A DNA stretch of 64,000 nucleotides from Guillardia theta CCMP2712. Taxonomy: Eukaryota > Protista > Cryptophyta. Position 1 is the first letter of the stretch, and the number at the start of each line of letters is the position of its first letter. Under the pieces are notes generated by a model. That model saw nothing but the letters and a program-made list of their open reading frames with translations. It ran no database searches and was not told the origin of the DNA. Made by a program: the position numbers and the translations under genes. This document shows, one piece after another, positions 1 through 13,924 of the stretch. The stretch is from the NCBI RefSeq assembly GCF_000315625.1, contig NW_005434635.1, positions 508,824-572,823 on the forward strand. The letters run 5' to 3'.

Positions 1-3000
1 GACATGAGAGAAAGCTCTTTGGCCATGAAAGATTGCTAAAATCTGCAGCAGCAGGGTGAGGAAGGAGGAGAAGCGAAGCACGAAGAGACCATGGCGGAGG
101 TGAGTGATGCGAAAGCATTGCTTGTCTCTCATGGTTGAAAGCACTTCTTGTCTCACACATGAGTTCCAGGAATCCGAAACAAACAATCCAAATCAGGAGA
201 ATCCGGTATGAGAGCGTTCAATGCTTTCTCCTGTTGCAAGTAAAGATAATCCGAGTAACATAACGCCTCAGTCTGGCAATGCCCACATGGAGAACGAGGA
301 TAGACAAAAATATCTGCAACGTCTGGAGCGAAAGGTATTGTTGTCATCTGCTGGGTATTCCTTGTAATCGTAGTCCTCTAGATCCAACTGGAGTGCGAGC
401 GAACGAAGGCGAGAGCTGAGAGGTTTGGGGTAGAATATATAGAACCGAAAGTGGTGAGAACATATATTTCCTGCCTTTTGCTCTCCTGGTGCAACCTGGA
501 TAAATTTGACGGTTAGTCAGGAAACTATTCTGAGCCTTCCCGAGCTGTTTTGGTACAAAAGATTGAAGAATCCAGAGCAGGATTACGAGCCGGGTGCACT
601 TTAATTCAATTTTTTGCTTTCCACTTGCATGCAGTTTGCATTCCTCAACGATGATATTTTTCCAACCTTGCTTCACTGACCATAAGCGCAGAGCTGATCA
701 AGAATCGCAAGAAGCTGGAGGAGATGGACAACAATCCGCCAGAGATGCCGAGTGAAGCGCCGGTCGTGGGTGAAGCTCTGGACCCCGACTACGAAATCAG
801 AGACCGGGAGTATACCGAGAAGCTGCTGGAAAAGGTCGCTCCTTGCACTGCTGACGTCATCATAGCTCACGTCATTCTTGCAGGTCGCACAAGCGTATCG
901 AAGTGCGCGAGCTCGAGCAGGTGGGACAGGCAAGGGCTCGTCACGTCCCCTGACTTGATAGCAGAGCGATTCAACATCCCCTTCACGGAGCCTCGCCTCG
1001 ATGTGATCCTGACAAAGACGGAATTCCGCAAGTGAGTCATAACCTATATAGCTCTGCTGTCTCATTCTCTCCAGGTACATGTCTGCAACGGGAGGTCGCA
1101 ACCCTCTGGCAGCGGAGGCCGCGCCGGTGAGGGTTGAAGGGATGGACGAGAGCGGCTGATGTTTCCAAGGTTGCTGGTATCGACACGCTAACGGATGAGG
1201 AGAAGGCGCGACAGAAGGCTCGTGCGGAGAGGTCAGTCAGGGCAAGGCAGCGTTCTCCTCGTCTTCACCTCTCTCATGGTTTCTTCCTTCTATCCTATCG
1301 ATCACTTGCTCATTCTCCGTCGTCGTGCTCGCCCTGGTCCCGACGGCCTACAGATGATGGAAACTTTTCTTCAGGTTCAAGGCGTTGGCAGAGGCCGAGG
1401 GCCTGCCCTTCGAGGATCCGATATCGAAGGAGGAAGAAGCCGGTAGGGTGTCTGAGGGAGCGTTGAAATCTCGTGATGGAGCTGAAACACTTGACGCTGA
1501 TAGAGCAAAGGAAGAAAGAGATAGAGACGAGAGCCGCAAAGTTTGGCATCGAGCTGAATGCTTTTCCTGTGAGTCAAGTTCTGGAGCGGACTGTTGGCTC
1601 ACGTTACGCAGTATGGTGAAGACCTCGGTGTTGAGTTTTGCTGTCCTCGAAGAGACCCGAAGCCGGAGGAGGAAGAGTTTGAAGGTTGGGAGGAGGGGAG
1701 GAGGAGGAGGGATGAAATGAGATTGCTTTCAGTCCTCAAGGACACGCTGCATTGCTATGGGGTCGATCGTCTGAGTACCGATGAGATCATGAAGGTAGCT
1801 CCTCTCGCTCCTCCTCCATGGGCATGACACTACTTTCAAGTACTTCAGAGATTTCTCTCCCTCCTACGTCCTCTGGCTGGATGACAGGCACTCTTGACCT
1901 GTTAGAGACGTTGTTGCCGTTGACGACTGTGTGCTGGGGCGCAGCTCGGGAAATATTGTGTTCGGAGACGAGAACAACGCTCGCAGAGCTTTCTACACGT
2001 TGGGTCAAGAGATTCGGTTGCCTGCTCCGAAACCGGCGGTAGAGGAAGGGATGGAGGGAGAAGCAGCTGCTGAACCTGGTCTCCTCCTCCTCCTCCTCCT
2101 CCTCCGCCTCCTCATCTCCCCCCCCCCCCCCATGATGTTCTCTGTCGCTGGCGTGCCCCGACTACTGAGGGAGTTTTNNNNNNNNNNNNNNNNNNNNNNN
2201 NNNNNNNNNNNNNNNNNNNNNNNNNNNNNNNNNNNNNNNNNNNNNNNNNNNNNNNNNNNNNNNNNNNNNNNNNNNNNCCCCCCCCCCCCCCCCCCACTCC
2301 CCATCTATTCCCCCCGTTTGAAATTTCTCACTTCCTGCACTCAGTCCCAGCACCCAAGGTAGAGACATCAGTTGACAAATTTTGGCGTCGGGGACCCAAC
2401 TATGAGAAGGTGAGAGGCAAGAATCAGGAGGAGAACAACAAAACGGGTCAAGCTCACAACAAAAATGTGAACAAAGAAAACGACAGGAAGAGGGATGAAG
2501 GAGGAGGAGGAGGAGGAGGAGGAGGGGAAGGGGAAGGGGAAGGGGAGGGAAGCGATACATGAAACAGAGCTCGCAGCAACTAGTCAGCAGGTCTGACTCA
2601 CTTTCTCTCTCAGAACGGGATCACCTACCCAGTTCTCATCCGCCAAGCGACTTCCCTTGACAAGTCATCCCCAGCTCGCTCCCACCTCAGTTGACGCTCG
2701 TCTGACAGGAAGGATGGAAAGGCGCAGAAGTCCAAACGCCTCTGGCTGAAGAGACGCGGGGCGATGCCTCCTCCTCCTCGTCCTTCTCCTGAGCAACAGC
2801 AGATTCCTTCAGAGCCTGTCAGCCTCTCCGCTCCTCCTTCTGTCTCCTTGCAAGACCTCCCTCCCTCTCCCCTCCCACTGGCCTCTCCCTCCCTCTCCTG
2901 CTCTCCCTGCCCGATCTCTCGCGAGCAAGTGAGTCTTCCTCAGGCTCCTGTGATTGACCTGCGCGACACGCTGGGAAAGATCCGCGAGAGGAAGTCGAAG

Positions 3001-3350
3001 AGGCAGGCGGCTCGATCGCATCCCTACAAGAAAGGTGGGGAAGGGAGGAGGAACCAGCTGCTCCTGACGACTTGCTGGCAGAGGACGAGGAGAAAGAGGT
3101 GCATATGATGGACTCCGAGGAGGTCAGCAGCTACGTTCCCCATCCTCCCTGACGCAGCGACTGCAGGCTGACCGGATCATGAACGCTGCTGCGGGAGACG
3201 AGGGGGGAGACGAGAACGTCAAGGACGCGGGGGAGGAGGAGGAGCTCGACGACGAGGTCTGTTGCTGGTCCTGCTGTCCTCTGCGAGCTGAGAAATCGTC
3301 AGGTGGTGATGAAGGAGGCGGAAGCACTGATCGAGAGCATGAACGAGTAG
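1..3350 (+). CDS. NCBP3: Nuclear cap-binding protein subunit 3-like (DUF2414), multi-exon, 5' end probably outside the window, spans an assembly gap
   Basis: Spliced exons give LKDTLHCYGVDRLSTDEIMK|YFRDFSPSYVLWLDDS|SGNIVFGDENNARRAF, which matches the NCBP3 RRM-like core. Three RAERF-type motifs lie upstream. The last exon is VVMKEAEALIESMNE* (TAG ends at 3350). Confidence 0.8.
2178..2277. other. Assembly gap (100 N)
   Basis: Run of N followed by poly-C. Equivalent gaps are at 4903-5002, 26860-26959, 32214-32313 and 35892-35991. Confidence 0.99.
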
Positions 3351-3598
3351 AGCCAGCTCAGCTGCTGCTGAGCGACACTCGTGATGTTGGAGTTTTAATA
3401 CAAATGGTCCACATCACTTGCAGGGCCTGTCGCTCAGACTAGACTAGGGGAGGAGGAGACGGAGAAGAGACGAGGACAAGGAAAGAGGAGCAGGGAGAGG
3501 AGGAAGCAGAGAGAGTGGGCGAGTGGACGGGAAGAAAAGAGAAGAGGGCGTGGGCGAGGACGAAGAGGAGGAGGAGGAGGAGGAGGAGGAGGAGGAAT

Positions 3599-6500
3599 TC
3601 ATTGAATGGTGGAGGTCATGAGGCTGCGGGAGGGTCAGGGGGAGCAGAAAAGAAGGTTGTCACCTTTTCTTTTGACTGATGGTCAAGATTTGTTCGCGTA
3701 GAGTTCGATGTCTCTCCTTCAGCTGCTCCAGATGATCCTGCGTCGTCATCAGCCTCACTCGATCCTCTCTCTCCTTCCCCTCCTTCCCCTCCTGCTTTCC
3801 TTACCTGCATCGAGACGATCTCCTTCTTCCTCCTGTCAAAGTCTCGCAGCAGCTCGTTGTTCCCGATCAGACCTGCGGGAGCATCACGACGACACTTTCC
3901 CAGCTGAGCCTGACCAGCTTCTCCTCTCAGCTTCTGGTTCTCGCTCCTCAAGTTGTCGCGGTCATGCTTCGCCTTCGTCAGCGCGTCCCTGCCGCGGGTC
4001 ATTGCCAGCCGCAGCCTCCACCTCCTGTCCACCTGTGGGTCGACAGGTCGGCCTCCAGCTCTGCGAGCTCCACCTTGAGAAGCTGGTTCTCAGCTTGAAC
4101 GAACTGAAGTTTCTCCTTGAGGTGCGTCAAGACTTGGACGGTCGTTGTTGTCTTCTTGCGCAGCTTCAGCAGCTCCTCGTTCCTCTCCTCGATCTTCTCG
4201 TTCAGCGTTTGGTTCTCGATCTTCAGCTGGGCAGGGTGTCAACTCTCGCCTTCTCCCCTCCCAGCAGCCACCTGCTCGAAGTCGATGAGGTGGAGCTCGT
4301 TGGAAAGCTCCTCCTTCCTCTTCAGGTTCCCCTCCAACTTTCTCAGCTGGTTTCTCAGGTGGATGTTCTTCAGCCGGACTTTTTCCAGCTCTCGGTCCTT
4401 CTCATCCCCCTGCAGCTGGGCGTGACTGACAGCCGAGGTCTCCCCAACTATCTCCCACCTGTTCTTCCAGCTGGTTCAGCAGCTTGAGAGGAACGGGCCT
4501 CCCTCCAGAGCTTCCGACGCTCTTTGCGACCTCTCGTTTCGTCTGCTTGAACTGCTCTTTGAGGTCTTGAACCTGCACGCACTCCCTTCAGGATCCACCC
4601 GAGACACACAGGAGCTCCTCCTGCACCTGCTGCCCCTGCCCTGCCCTGCCCTGCCCTGCCCTGCCCTGCCCTGCCCTGCCCTTCCCTTCCCCTCCCCTCC
4701 TCAAGGCTTCCAAGATACTTGCTCTCCTCTCCTCTACCCTTCCCTCTCCTCTCTCACCTTCTCCTGCTTCTGCTCCAATCTTGTCTTCATGTCCAGCACC
4801 GCGTGATCATAATTTAGCTGCACCTTGTCCAGCTCTGCCTTGTTGTCTGCGACCTGAGACGAGCAACGACTCAGCTCCACTTCTTTCACCTCCTCTACCC
4901 CCNNNNNNNNNNNNNNNNNNNNNNNNNNNNNNNNNNNNNNNNNNNNNNNNNNNNNNNNNNNNNNNNNNNNNNNNNNNNNNNNNNNNNNNNNNNNNNNNNN
5001 NNTTGGAGGACGGACAAGCTATTCTACACCACCATCTCTTCCTCCTCCCTTCTCCCCCCCCTCCCTCCCACCACTACCTCCTCCTCCATCTCCTCCTTCT
5101 CTTCCTCCTTATAGTCAGCAGGAGTAGCATCATTCTCACCCCTCCTCGCCCCTACCCCGCGCATTCTCTTGCTCCTCCGAACCAACACCTCTTCTTCATA
5201 CAGACCTGTCTCAGCGCCTGGAAATATCTGTGCTCGACATCCGCAGAGGAGGCATCAGGATTCTCTTCGGACATGCTAACTTGCATGCTGTCCTCTGCTC
5301 TCTTCGCTGCAAAGTGCGCGGCCTGTCTTCCAGCTCACACGCTTCACCCCTCCTCCTCCTCCTCCTCCTCCTCCCTCCTCCTTCCTCCTCCTCCTCCTCC
5401 TCCTTCTAACCAATTTCTTCTGCAGCTCGGCGTTCTTGTGCAACAATTCTTCCCTTAGCTTCTGGGCAGCTGAAAACTTCTTTCCTATCTCCAACCTCTC
5501 CTGCGCTCTGATCGTCAACGAGACAGCAGACGAGCAGGAGGGAACAGAACCTTGATGCGTTGCTCCCTCGCTTCCTGTTCCAACCGCATCCTCTCTTCTC
5601 TGGCCTTCATCTCAGCCATCTGAGGAGAAAGTCAGGAGGGGAGGCCCAGGAACTCGCAGCAGCCGTACCCTCAACATCTCCTCCTCGTCGTAACTCTCAG
5701 AGAAAGTCGATTTCGACTCTCCGAACTCTTCTTGGCGCGAGGTCAGCGTCGCTTCCTTCATGTCCTCGAGCTCCACGTGACTGTCCTCCGTGCCCATACT
5801 GATCTGACTCATCGTCACCTGCTCCCCCGTCACTCTCCCTTCACCACAGCACAAGCTCAGCACGTCTCTCTGCGAGTCCGCGAACGGATCTTCCTCCCCC
5901 ATCATGATGCGCTTGACCCGCGACCTCGACATGCTCCCTCTCGCCTACCACAGCACCAGCATCAGCACAAGTCACCGCACTAGCCTCGAGCTCACCAAGC
6001 TCTGAATCTTCACGACCGCATGGTCCACGTCGAGTTGGCTCACTCCCTCCGCCACCGAGAACGAGCCATCGAGGTGCGTCTCCATCAGCGCAGAGTCACG
6101 CAGAGCAGCCTCATCTCCCGCAGCCAGCTCGTCTTCCGTGCCCTCCATGTGCGACTCCTCCTGTGAACCCTCCATCTGCGCTGAGTCTTGCAGGTCCCCA
6201 CTCTCCTCCAAGCCCTCGCCGCCTTCCTCCTGCTCCAGGGACGCATCTCCTTCCATCGATTCTGACATTCGAAATGTTACACGTTTTGAGACGACAGCGC
6301 CGATTAGAAGTACCTCCTCCTCCCTCCTCGCGAGATGACTCAATGTTTGAAAGATCTTGTTCCATTGCCCCTTCCCCACCGTCAGCAGCCCCTTCCTCTG
6401 CCATCCCACTCTCTTCCCCTCCTTCCCCTCCTTCCCCTCCTTCCCCGGTCTCAGCATCTTCTCCAGGAGTGTTGTCCCCTTCTACAGGAACCTCTTGGCC

Positions 6501-6886
6501 CTCGTCTGGCAGGCCTATCACAACACTCAAAACAACGAATGGGAATCACAACAAAGGCATGATGAATGCAAACTCGTCTCAAGTTGTACGAGAGGCGATG
6601 CAGCATCAACATCAACAAAGAAGAAACTGATGACGAGCATAGACAGACCTGCCTCTCCCTCCTCGTCTGCATTCTTCACATCCCCCGCTTCTTCGCCTCC
6701 CCCAACGTCGTCGGGTTCCCCTTGGGGATCAACCGAGAGATCTCCGGCTCCATTGCCCTCCTCTTGCACCTCCTCCTCCGCTCCAGCCTCTTCTTCTGCC
6801 TCTGCTCCACCTTCCTCTATCTTCGCTTCCTCTTCCTCCGCCATCGCCGCTTCCCCTTCTGTCATCGTCGGTTCCTCCTCCGCCAT
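3599..6886 (-). CDS. CCDC96: Coiled-coil domain-containing protein 96 / CFAP184 (DUF4201), cilia/basal-body protein with an acidic N-terminus and an IQ motif
   Basis: Spliced minus-strand exons give LHLIDFEQ|LKIENQTLNEKIEERNEELLKLRKKTTTTVQVLTHLKEKLQFV and LIGNNELLRDFDRRK, the DUF4201 signature. The N-terminus is MAEEEPTMTEGE and the predicted end is KKSLMTSTIQ*. Confidence 0.9.
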
Positions 6887-7421
6887 ACCAGCCGTTGGAC
6901 CTTGATTGAGAAGTGCCTTCATCCCCACTCAAACCCTTCAAAACTCATCCCCCTCATTCCACCGCTCACTTTTAGAGTGCCACGGAACGAGCAGGTGAAC
7001 GAGAGTCTAGTACCGGTGTCTTACCCCCCTGCGTTCAAGGTTCACTACTGATGGTGTCGTCGGAGCAACGGGGCTGTGTGCAGGCTGGGCTTCAGGTTTC
7101 AGGTTTAGATTCTTAGCTGCATGCTCGTAGCTAGTGACCAGGCTGGGCCGCGGGCGTTACTCAGTGTCACAAGTTCCCGGGCCGAACTTTGACTATTCTT
7201 GATTGAGACCGGCCACGGCGCTTCAAATAACCGTTTTGCAACCGGCGGTCAAATCCATCAGCACTTGCCAGCTTCAGTGAAGCGGCGCCATGCCGTACTC
7301 CAAGTACAGTGGGACGGTAAGGCAGCGGAGGAGGGAGAGCGGAGGAGGAAGGGGGGGGTGGGAGGAGAGGCCCTTAGACCTAGGACCCTGACGAGAGGAG
7401 GGGAGGGGGGACAAGGAGAAA

Positions 7422-10377
7422 ATGGGAGGTAGGACTGGGCAGTTTGTGACCTTGTTGAAGCTTCAAGGAGGAAGTCTGTTCACAGAGGGCCCCGGGGCAC
7501 CAGTCGTTCATATCGCAACATACAAGGATGGAGGAGTTGGGGACTTCGAATCTCCTGCGGTCAGAAAGATTGTGGGAGCCTCGACTGGAGGCGAAGTGCA
7601 TGATCAGTTCAAGAACTACACTCTGCAAGAGTGGTTCTACGAGAAAGCTGTCAGAGCTAAAGACATCGAAGATAGAAAATCGTCAAAACAGAACGTCAAC
7701 CGAACAAGATTGGTGGATGCTACGAAAGACCTTGTGAGTGCGCTGGTCCTTCCACAGACAAGGCTCACAGTCTTGTGCAGATCAAGTCGGGGGCATCGGA
7801 GGTGACGCAAACGATAGGAGCTATCCCCGACCATATCGGATCATGGCTTGGCGGCGTCTCGAGCATCATCGAAGAGATTGCAGCTGCCGGCCAGAAGAAG
7901 TCAGTGCTGAACGAAGAGCAACTCCAAACATTGCGGCTCACCAGACAATACGCAACTAAAGGGGTGGAGGCTTTGATGGAGGGAGAGACGGCGCTGGAGA
8001 TTGCGAGAAACAAGCAGCGCGACTCACAGATGGTTCAGCAGAAGATCAACAAGATGAAGCTGACCAAGCACGAGAGGTCCTTTGACTTGAGGCTGCCTCG
8101 AGCGACACTCACGTCTCACGATGTGCAGCGAAAACAACGAAGCAGGCTCAAAGCTCTCGAAGCTCCCGTCCTCGCTCACCGTTCATGTTCATGGAGCCAA
8201 GAACTTGCCGAAGATGGACGCATTCCTGGGAAAGGTGACTTGAAGCTTCTCCCCGACAGCATCATCACTAATGGTATCTATGTAGGTAGATCCCTTTGTT
8301 GAGGTCACGGTTATAGACAGCCCTGAATCGCGAAATCTCCCGCAAAAAGATCGAGTAAGAGATATCTCTTTCAAAACTTGTCTCGCGTTCTCTGATGACT
8401 TTCTGTCGCAGACGAGTGTCTTGTATTCCAACTTCAATCCAGAATGGAATGGTTTGCAGCTCTCTTTTACTCTGTTCTAGAAGTGATTGTGAGGTCGCGG
8501 CAGAATCGTTCGACTTCACCATTCAATCCAATTTGAAGGGCGAGAAGAGGCCAGAGGTAAGTGTGGTTACATTGTCGATTTCAACTCATCAGAAGTCATT
8601 CAACAAGATTGTTATCGTCGACGTTTATGAAGCAGAAACGAAGAAGTTAGCTGTTGATATCTCTTTATCACTTTGATTCAAACTGTTCAGGAGTGACAAA
8701 GGCATTTTTGACAAGTCAGGCGGTTATCGCTCTTCTTTGCCGCTTGCAGTGTTTGAAGGCTTGATGCAACTCAGGGAATGCCGAGAACATCCTGATTGGA
8801 AGAGTTTACATCCCCTTGTCGAGCTTTGTGAGGGCAAAGAAGGTGTAGCTGCCTTTGCAAGTGATCTCCAATATTTGCTGACCGCGCTATCCCCGGCTGC
8901 AGGAGAAATGTCTGTTCAGTCTTGAGGTACTGGCGCTGGCAGTCAAGAGGCGGCGGAGAGAGATTGATCGCTCTCTGTGCAGGACTTGAAGAGAGGAGCT
9001 GAGAGTGAGCGAGTGATTTACAAAGGCAGCCTGACTCGATCCTTCGACCTCAGAAATGCGGAGAATGGAGAAGTGAGACGAAGCATGAGCTTCTTTGCAA
9101 GTGACGTGACCTCTGTCTGCTGTCAGGTCGTCTTCGGCTATTGGTACAACGGCAGCCCGAGCTCTATCAGAGTCTCTCTTTTCTTCATCGATGGTTCACT
9201 GTCGGACAAGGACAAACTTCCATCGCAGATCCCCATGGTTGAGATGCCTTCCTGACGACTCGTCTCGATCAAGACTGACGATCGGATCAAGGAAATGCCC
9301 GACAGAGAGTTCCTGGAGCCCAAGGCCCGACCTCCTCCCACCTGGCAGGACCATCCTGTCATTCTCGAGCAGCTGAAGGCCAAACTCAAGGCAGGTCAGC
9401 TGGTCTCTTTGCCGCTCCTCTCATCCTCCTTCAGACCCAGATGATGGAGAAGAGCGCTCCTCCTCTCCGCAAGTTTTTTGTGAGGAATAGCTCCGAGCAA
9501 GACAGCATTTACGTCACTCTCATCAGATACGGGATGACAAATTTCTCCTACGAGGTCTCTTGTTTCTTCTCGCCCCCCCTCCCCCCCCTCTCTCCCCCCC
9601 CTCTCTCCCTCTCCCTCTCCCTCTCCCTCTCCCTCTCCCTCTCCCTCTCCCTCTCCCTCTCCCTCTCCTTCATTCACTCTGTTTCTCATCCCTTTCTTTA
9701 CTGCCGGACCAGCTCGAAAATGCTGGGCTGTCAGAAGTCGAACCGCTCTTCCGCGAGAAGGAGCTAAATAGCATGTACGACCTGCTCATGCGGTTTCCTC
9801 CTGCCCCGACGGAGAAGGAGAGGGACGACATCTACGTGCTCGGGTCCTCCTCGCCTCCTCTCGCTCCCTCCCTCCTCATGTCTTCCCTCCAGTCTCGAGA
9901 AGGCCAGCCTCCTCCGCAAGCTCCGAGATTTCCGTCTCCGAGCCATTCAGCTGGTCTTGAGCTGCCGTGAGGGGCAGGGGGGTGAAGCAGCTGCCGCAGG
10001 TGACCAAGAGCTCGACGATCCATCGCGAGCTAGACATCAGGGAGAGAATGGGAGTGACTTACATCTTCTCCTCCGGCTCCACCTTGCAGGTCCAGGATGC
10101 CATCCATCAACACCCCTCACTCTCCTCCTCTTCCTCTCTTATCTCCCCTTCGCTGTCTTTTCGTCTCTCTCCCTGTCTCTTCCTCCTCCCGCTCGCACAG
10201 GTTGCTGATACCTCGTTCTTACCTTCTCTTTCCTATCCTTCAGGATCTTCTCGACAAGATCCCGGACAACTGTGCTTTGAAGGCAAATCATGATGCACCT
10301 TTCACGTATCGCTGACCCTTTTCCTTCCTCCTCCCAGATGCCGGACAGGCTCAAGGCAAACAAGGGTGAGAAAGCAA

Positions 10378-10415
<38 letters not shown>

Positions 10416-10734
10416 CGTCATTCCTTCCTCCTCCTTCTCCTCCTCCTCCTGCTTGTTTTTCAGTCTTGTCCTCGTCCTCGTCCTCGTCCTCGTCCTGCTT
10501 CTCTTTCCTTCCTTGTCCTCCTCCATCTCATCTTCGCTTGTAGACTCTCCAGCCCCTCCGTTCATCGGGAAAGACGCGGATGCCGGGGAGCGAGGGCTCA
10601 CGCTAGAGCAATGCGGTTCCTCTTGTTCTGTGTGTGCCATGGAGTCGGCTGACCGAGAGCGTCTAGGCATCGAGCATGGTGACCTCATCGCGTTTTACAA
10701 GGCAGCCAACCAGAGGAGGGGATCAGGAGATTGA
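7422..10734 (+). CDS. C2-domain protein with a probable SAM-like domain, multi-exon
   Basis: Spliced exons give LTVHVHGAKNLPKMDAFLGK|VDPFVEVTV...|TSVLYSNFNPEWN|ESFDFTI (C2 domain). A later exon reads LENAGLSEVEPLFREKELNSMYDLL (SAM-like). 3' exon structure is uncertain. Confidence 0.65.
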
Positions 10735-10909
10735 CTCTCGTCCCGCAGGTCTTGCGGAGCTCGTGAAGATCCGTCAGTCTGCTTTCCCTCTCTACCTCCT
10801 CCATCTCCCTCCCTCCCCTCCCCCACCTCCTCGTCAACTCCGCCTGCTCTCCCTCTTGTATGTTCCTCCTCGTCCTTCCTCCATGACAAGACACATGTAA
10901 AGCTTCGTC

Positions 10910-13483
10910 TCAACCCTCAAATAGTGCCTGCGGACATTTTCTTCTCTCCTCCTCCCGCGCCAGATGCTCGAGTGTCTCCATCGAGATCGTTGTGTTGAAC
11001 TCTCCAAACTCTCGAATCTCCGCCTGTACCCAACTCTACAAGCCAGTGAGAAGGAGGAGGCGTTCGTGGTGGTGGAGGAAGGAAGGGAGGGGAGGAGCAT
11101 GGCACATACCTCAGTCGCTCCCTTCCTCGTCGCCTGGATGTTAAGCAGCATGTCGTTCCAGTTGGTTGAGAGAGCATCGAGGTAGAGCCGATTGACCGAA
11201 CAGGAGGGCTCCAACCTCCAGCTCCTCTTCAGCTCCTCTGCCAGGTCTCGCCGCAGGAAGATCGCGTTCTGAGTGAAGCAGACGAGCTCGTACCCCAGCT
11301 GCTCCCCCAGCTGCTGGAAGACTTTGAGCGACTGCTGCAGATTGTGCGACGAGGCTTCGACGTCAAGCTTGCTGCTCAAGTCGGGGCGGATGAAGCCGTT
11401 GGTCTCGACTATGATGAGGGAGGGACGGAACTCGGGCTGGTGCTCAAGGGAGAGCAGCAGCTCGTAGTCCAGCCCGTCCACGTCGATAGAGAGGATGTCA
11501 ACCTTCCCGTCCTCCGCGAGCTCCTCCGCCAGGTGGAGGATTGAGTTGTTTCCCTTCGCCTCCACCATGGCGTTCTTGAGGGCAACTCGAGGGAGATTGC
11601 GGTAGTTGCGCTGAAGCGCTCGAAACTTTGTTTCATCCGCCTCGATCATGATCCCGCTCCATCCTTTCTCGAACCAATAGCGGCAGTTGCTAGCGAAGAT
11701 CCCGTCCCAGGCCCCGAACTCGAAGCAGGACCCCTCCTTCACCCCCAGCGCCTCCATGATGAACTCTGTGATCCCGTCCTCCCCGGCTTCTGAGTACACG
11801 TTTCTCCGGTACCTGAGGAGAGAGGAAGGGTGCAGACGTCGATTGCCACTAGCCAACGCGCTCTCGAACAGTTTGAGGCGGCTTGTGCGGTAGATGTTGA
11901 AGTTGGGAGGGCAGTCGTCCGCCAGGTAGCCGTTAGGGGTGTGGAATGACATCATCGATCGAGGAGCACAGCCGATGGTCATCCCAGATGCGTTGTAGTC
12001 CATCAGAATGTTGGCATAGAGATCACTTTCATACGACATGAATGCAAACAGCAACTTGCTGCCTTCATCGGTCGTATCAACTGACTCTTCATACATCTTG
12101 CTCCACATGTCCCCGTTGAGGATCGAAATTCTCTGAGTGCCGACCAAGAATCCATGGTATCCAACGCCTGGGAGGGAAGAGACAAGAAAAAGTCATGAAA
12201 TCTTTGACCTCATCTCATGCTTAGAACCTGCTAGGCGATCCACCAGCGTCTTCAGCTCGGGTTTTTCCCTGAGAGAGAATGAGAAAACACTTGCAGCCCC
12301 TCTTACACTTCACCGTCCGGCATGGAGTGAGATCAGGAGAACCTGACAAGGAGATCAGCTGCTGCATCTATCTCAGTCTTCTCATGAACCGGCTTGATGG
12401 CTGGAAGCCATGACATGTCGTCGGGCTCAAACATTTCCTGGAAATTGACCTCGTCGCCCTCAACATCAATGATGAACAACTTCCCATCGTCATGATCACT
12501 CAACAGAAGTTGTTTCAGCTGAGTAGAAAAGAATCAGTCCAACAAGAACGTTCTCCCTGATCTCACCTGAGAGATGTCTTGCAGGGCCCTAAAACCAATC
12601 GGGTTGGAGGCAACTGGGCACATCAAACCTGTATGAGGCTCACATGACAGGCACATCTTGAGCAGGAGGAAAGAGCGTACAGACAGTGTGATAGCTGAGA
12701 GCAGGAAGAGAAAACTTCGAGTGAGCTTGAGAGAGATCTGAGCCTTCACTCCGTATCATCCAGACGAGCGGGTCGAGATCCGAACTGAAGGTCAGCAACT
12801 TTTGCAGAATGTTGCGAGGCAGATTTCTATCAAGAAACTCTTCAGTCATGTCCTGAAAATAAGTGACAGTCTCCAATGGCCCAGGAAATGCTGGACGTAC
12901 GATCATATCAACGAGAGGACGAGCGGAAGAAGGAGACGGTACCTTGACTTCCTACAAGACCTCGGCAGTCGTTGGAGAGCATATTGGATTCCCAGTCGTG
13001 GATAGAGACGCAAACGTTCTGAAAGCCCATCTCTATGCCTATCAAGGTGAAAGCGAACCTCGACTCGATCGGTTTGCCCGTCATGTCACAATCCTGCATT
13101 GGAGTCAAATCGACTCTCCTCTGTGAGTATCAACAGCGCTACCTGAAGATCATAGACGATGCCTGGGCAGAGGAAGAGCTTGCTATCGAGGAACTCGACC
13201 ATCATGTAGCCATCACTTGGAACCACGAAGTTCTTCAGCTCCACGACCACGTCCGATGCCAGTGACCCTCCCTGTATCACCTCAACAAAATCCTGCGCAG
13301 ATGTCACAACTTCCAGCGTCGTTCATGGGAAACTCTCACCCTGGTTGAAGGTCGGAGAAGCCTGATGCTTCGCTCCACTGCTCCTCCTCCTCCTTCTCCG
13401 TCTCCTCCTGCTCCTCCCGCTCCTCCTGCTCCCATCGCCAGCAACACCGTGATTCCCAACAGCCAACGCGCCATTGGTCCCAT
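10910..13483 (-). CDS. Secreted/Golgi FkbM-family (Methyltransf_21-like) SAM-dependent methyltransferase with an N-terminal beta-sandwich domain
   Basis: Signal peptide MARWLLGITVLLAMGAG. The C-terminal exon contains YSEAGEDG...CFEFGAWDGIFASN...GWSGIMIEAD...DILSIDVDGLDY...PSLIIVETN. Confidence 0.75.
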
Positions 13484-13924
13484 CGCCTGACCACCGGCTT
13501 TACCCCACCCCCTCATTGACTAGCCACCACCCCTTCAGATGAGGTTGCAGTCCTGGATCCAGTCCCCCCGACAAGTTGCCTCATACTCTGGGGCAGGAAT
13601 GGCAGAACGAGGGTGAAGAGCGCGAGACAGGAGAGGTGGGGGAGGGGGAGGAGAAGGAGGAGGAAGAGAAGGAGGAGAAGGAGGGGGATCAGAAGGAGGA
13701 GGAAGAGGTTGACGTGACGTTGAGGATGATGACTGGAGGAAGGAAAGAAGAGGAAGGACTGCAAAGAAGATGATGAGTTAAGGGAGCAGGTATAATCTGG
13801 CATCTAAAGAAGCGTGTTTGAGGATGTGGAAGAGGAGGAGTCCAATGACCTTCATCATCCCAGAGATGAAATCTTCGGAGCTCCTTCATTCCAGTCCAAA
13901 TCGATGACAAAAAGCGACACAGTG

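Noticed and set aside
3708-4487. 259-aa plus-strand Leu-rich ORF
   Set aside because: It is the antisense shadow of the conserved CCDC96 coiled-coil exons.
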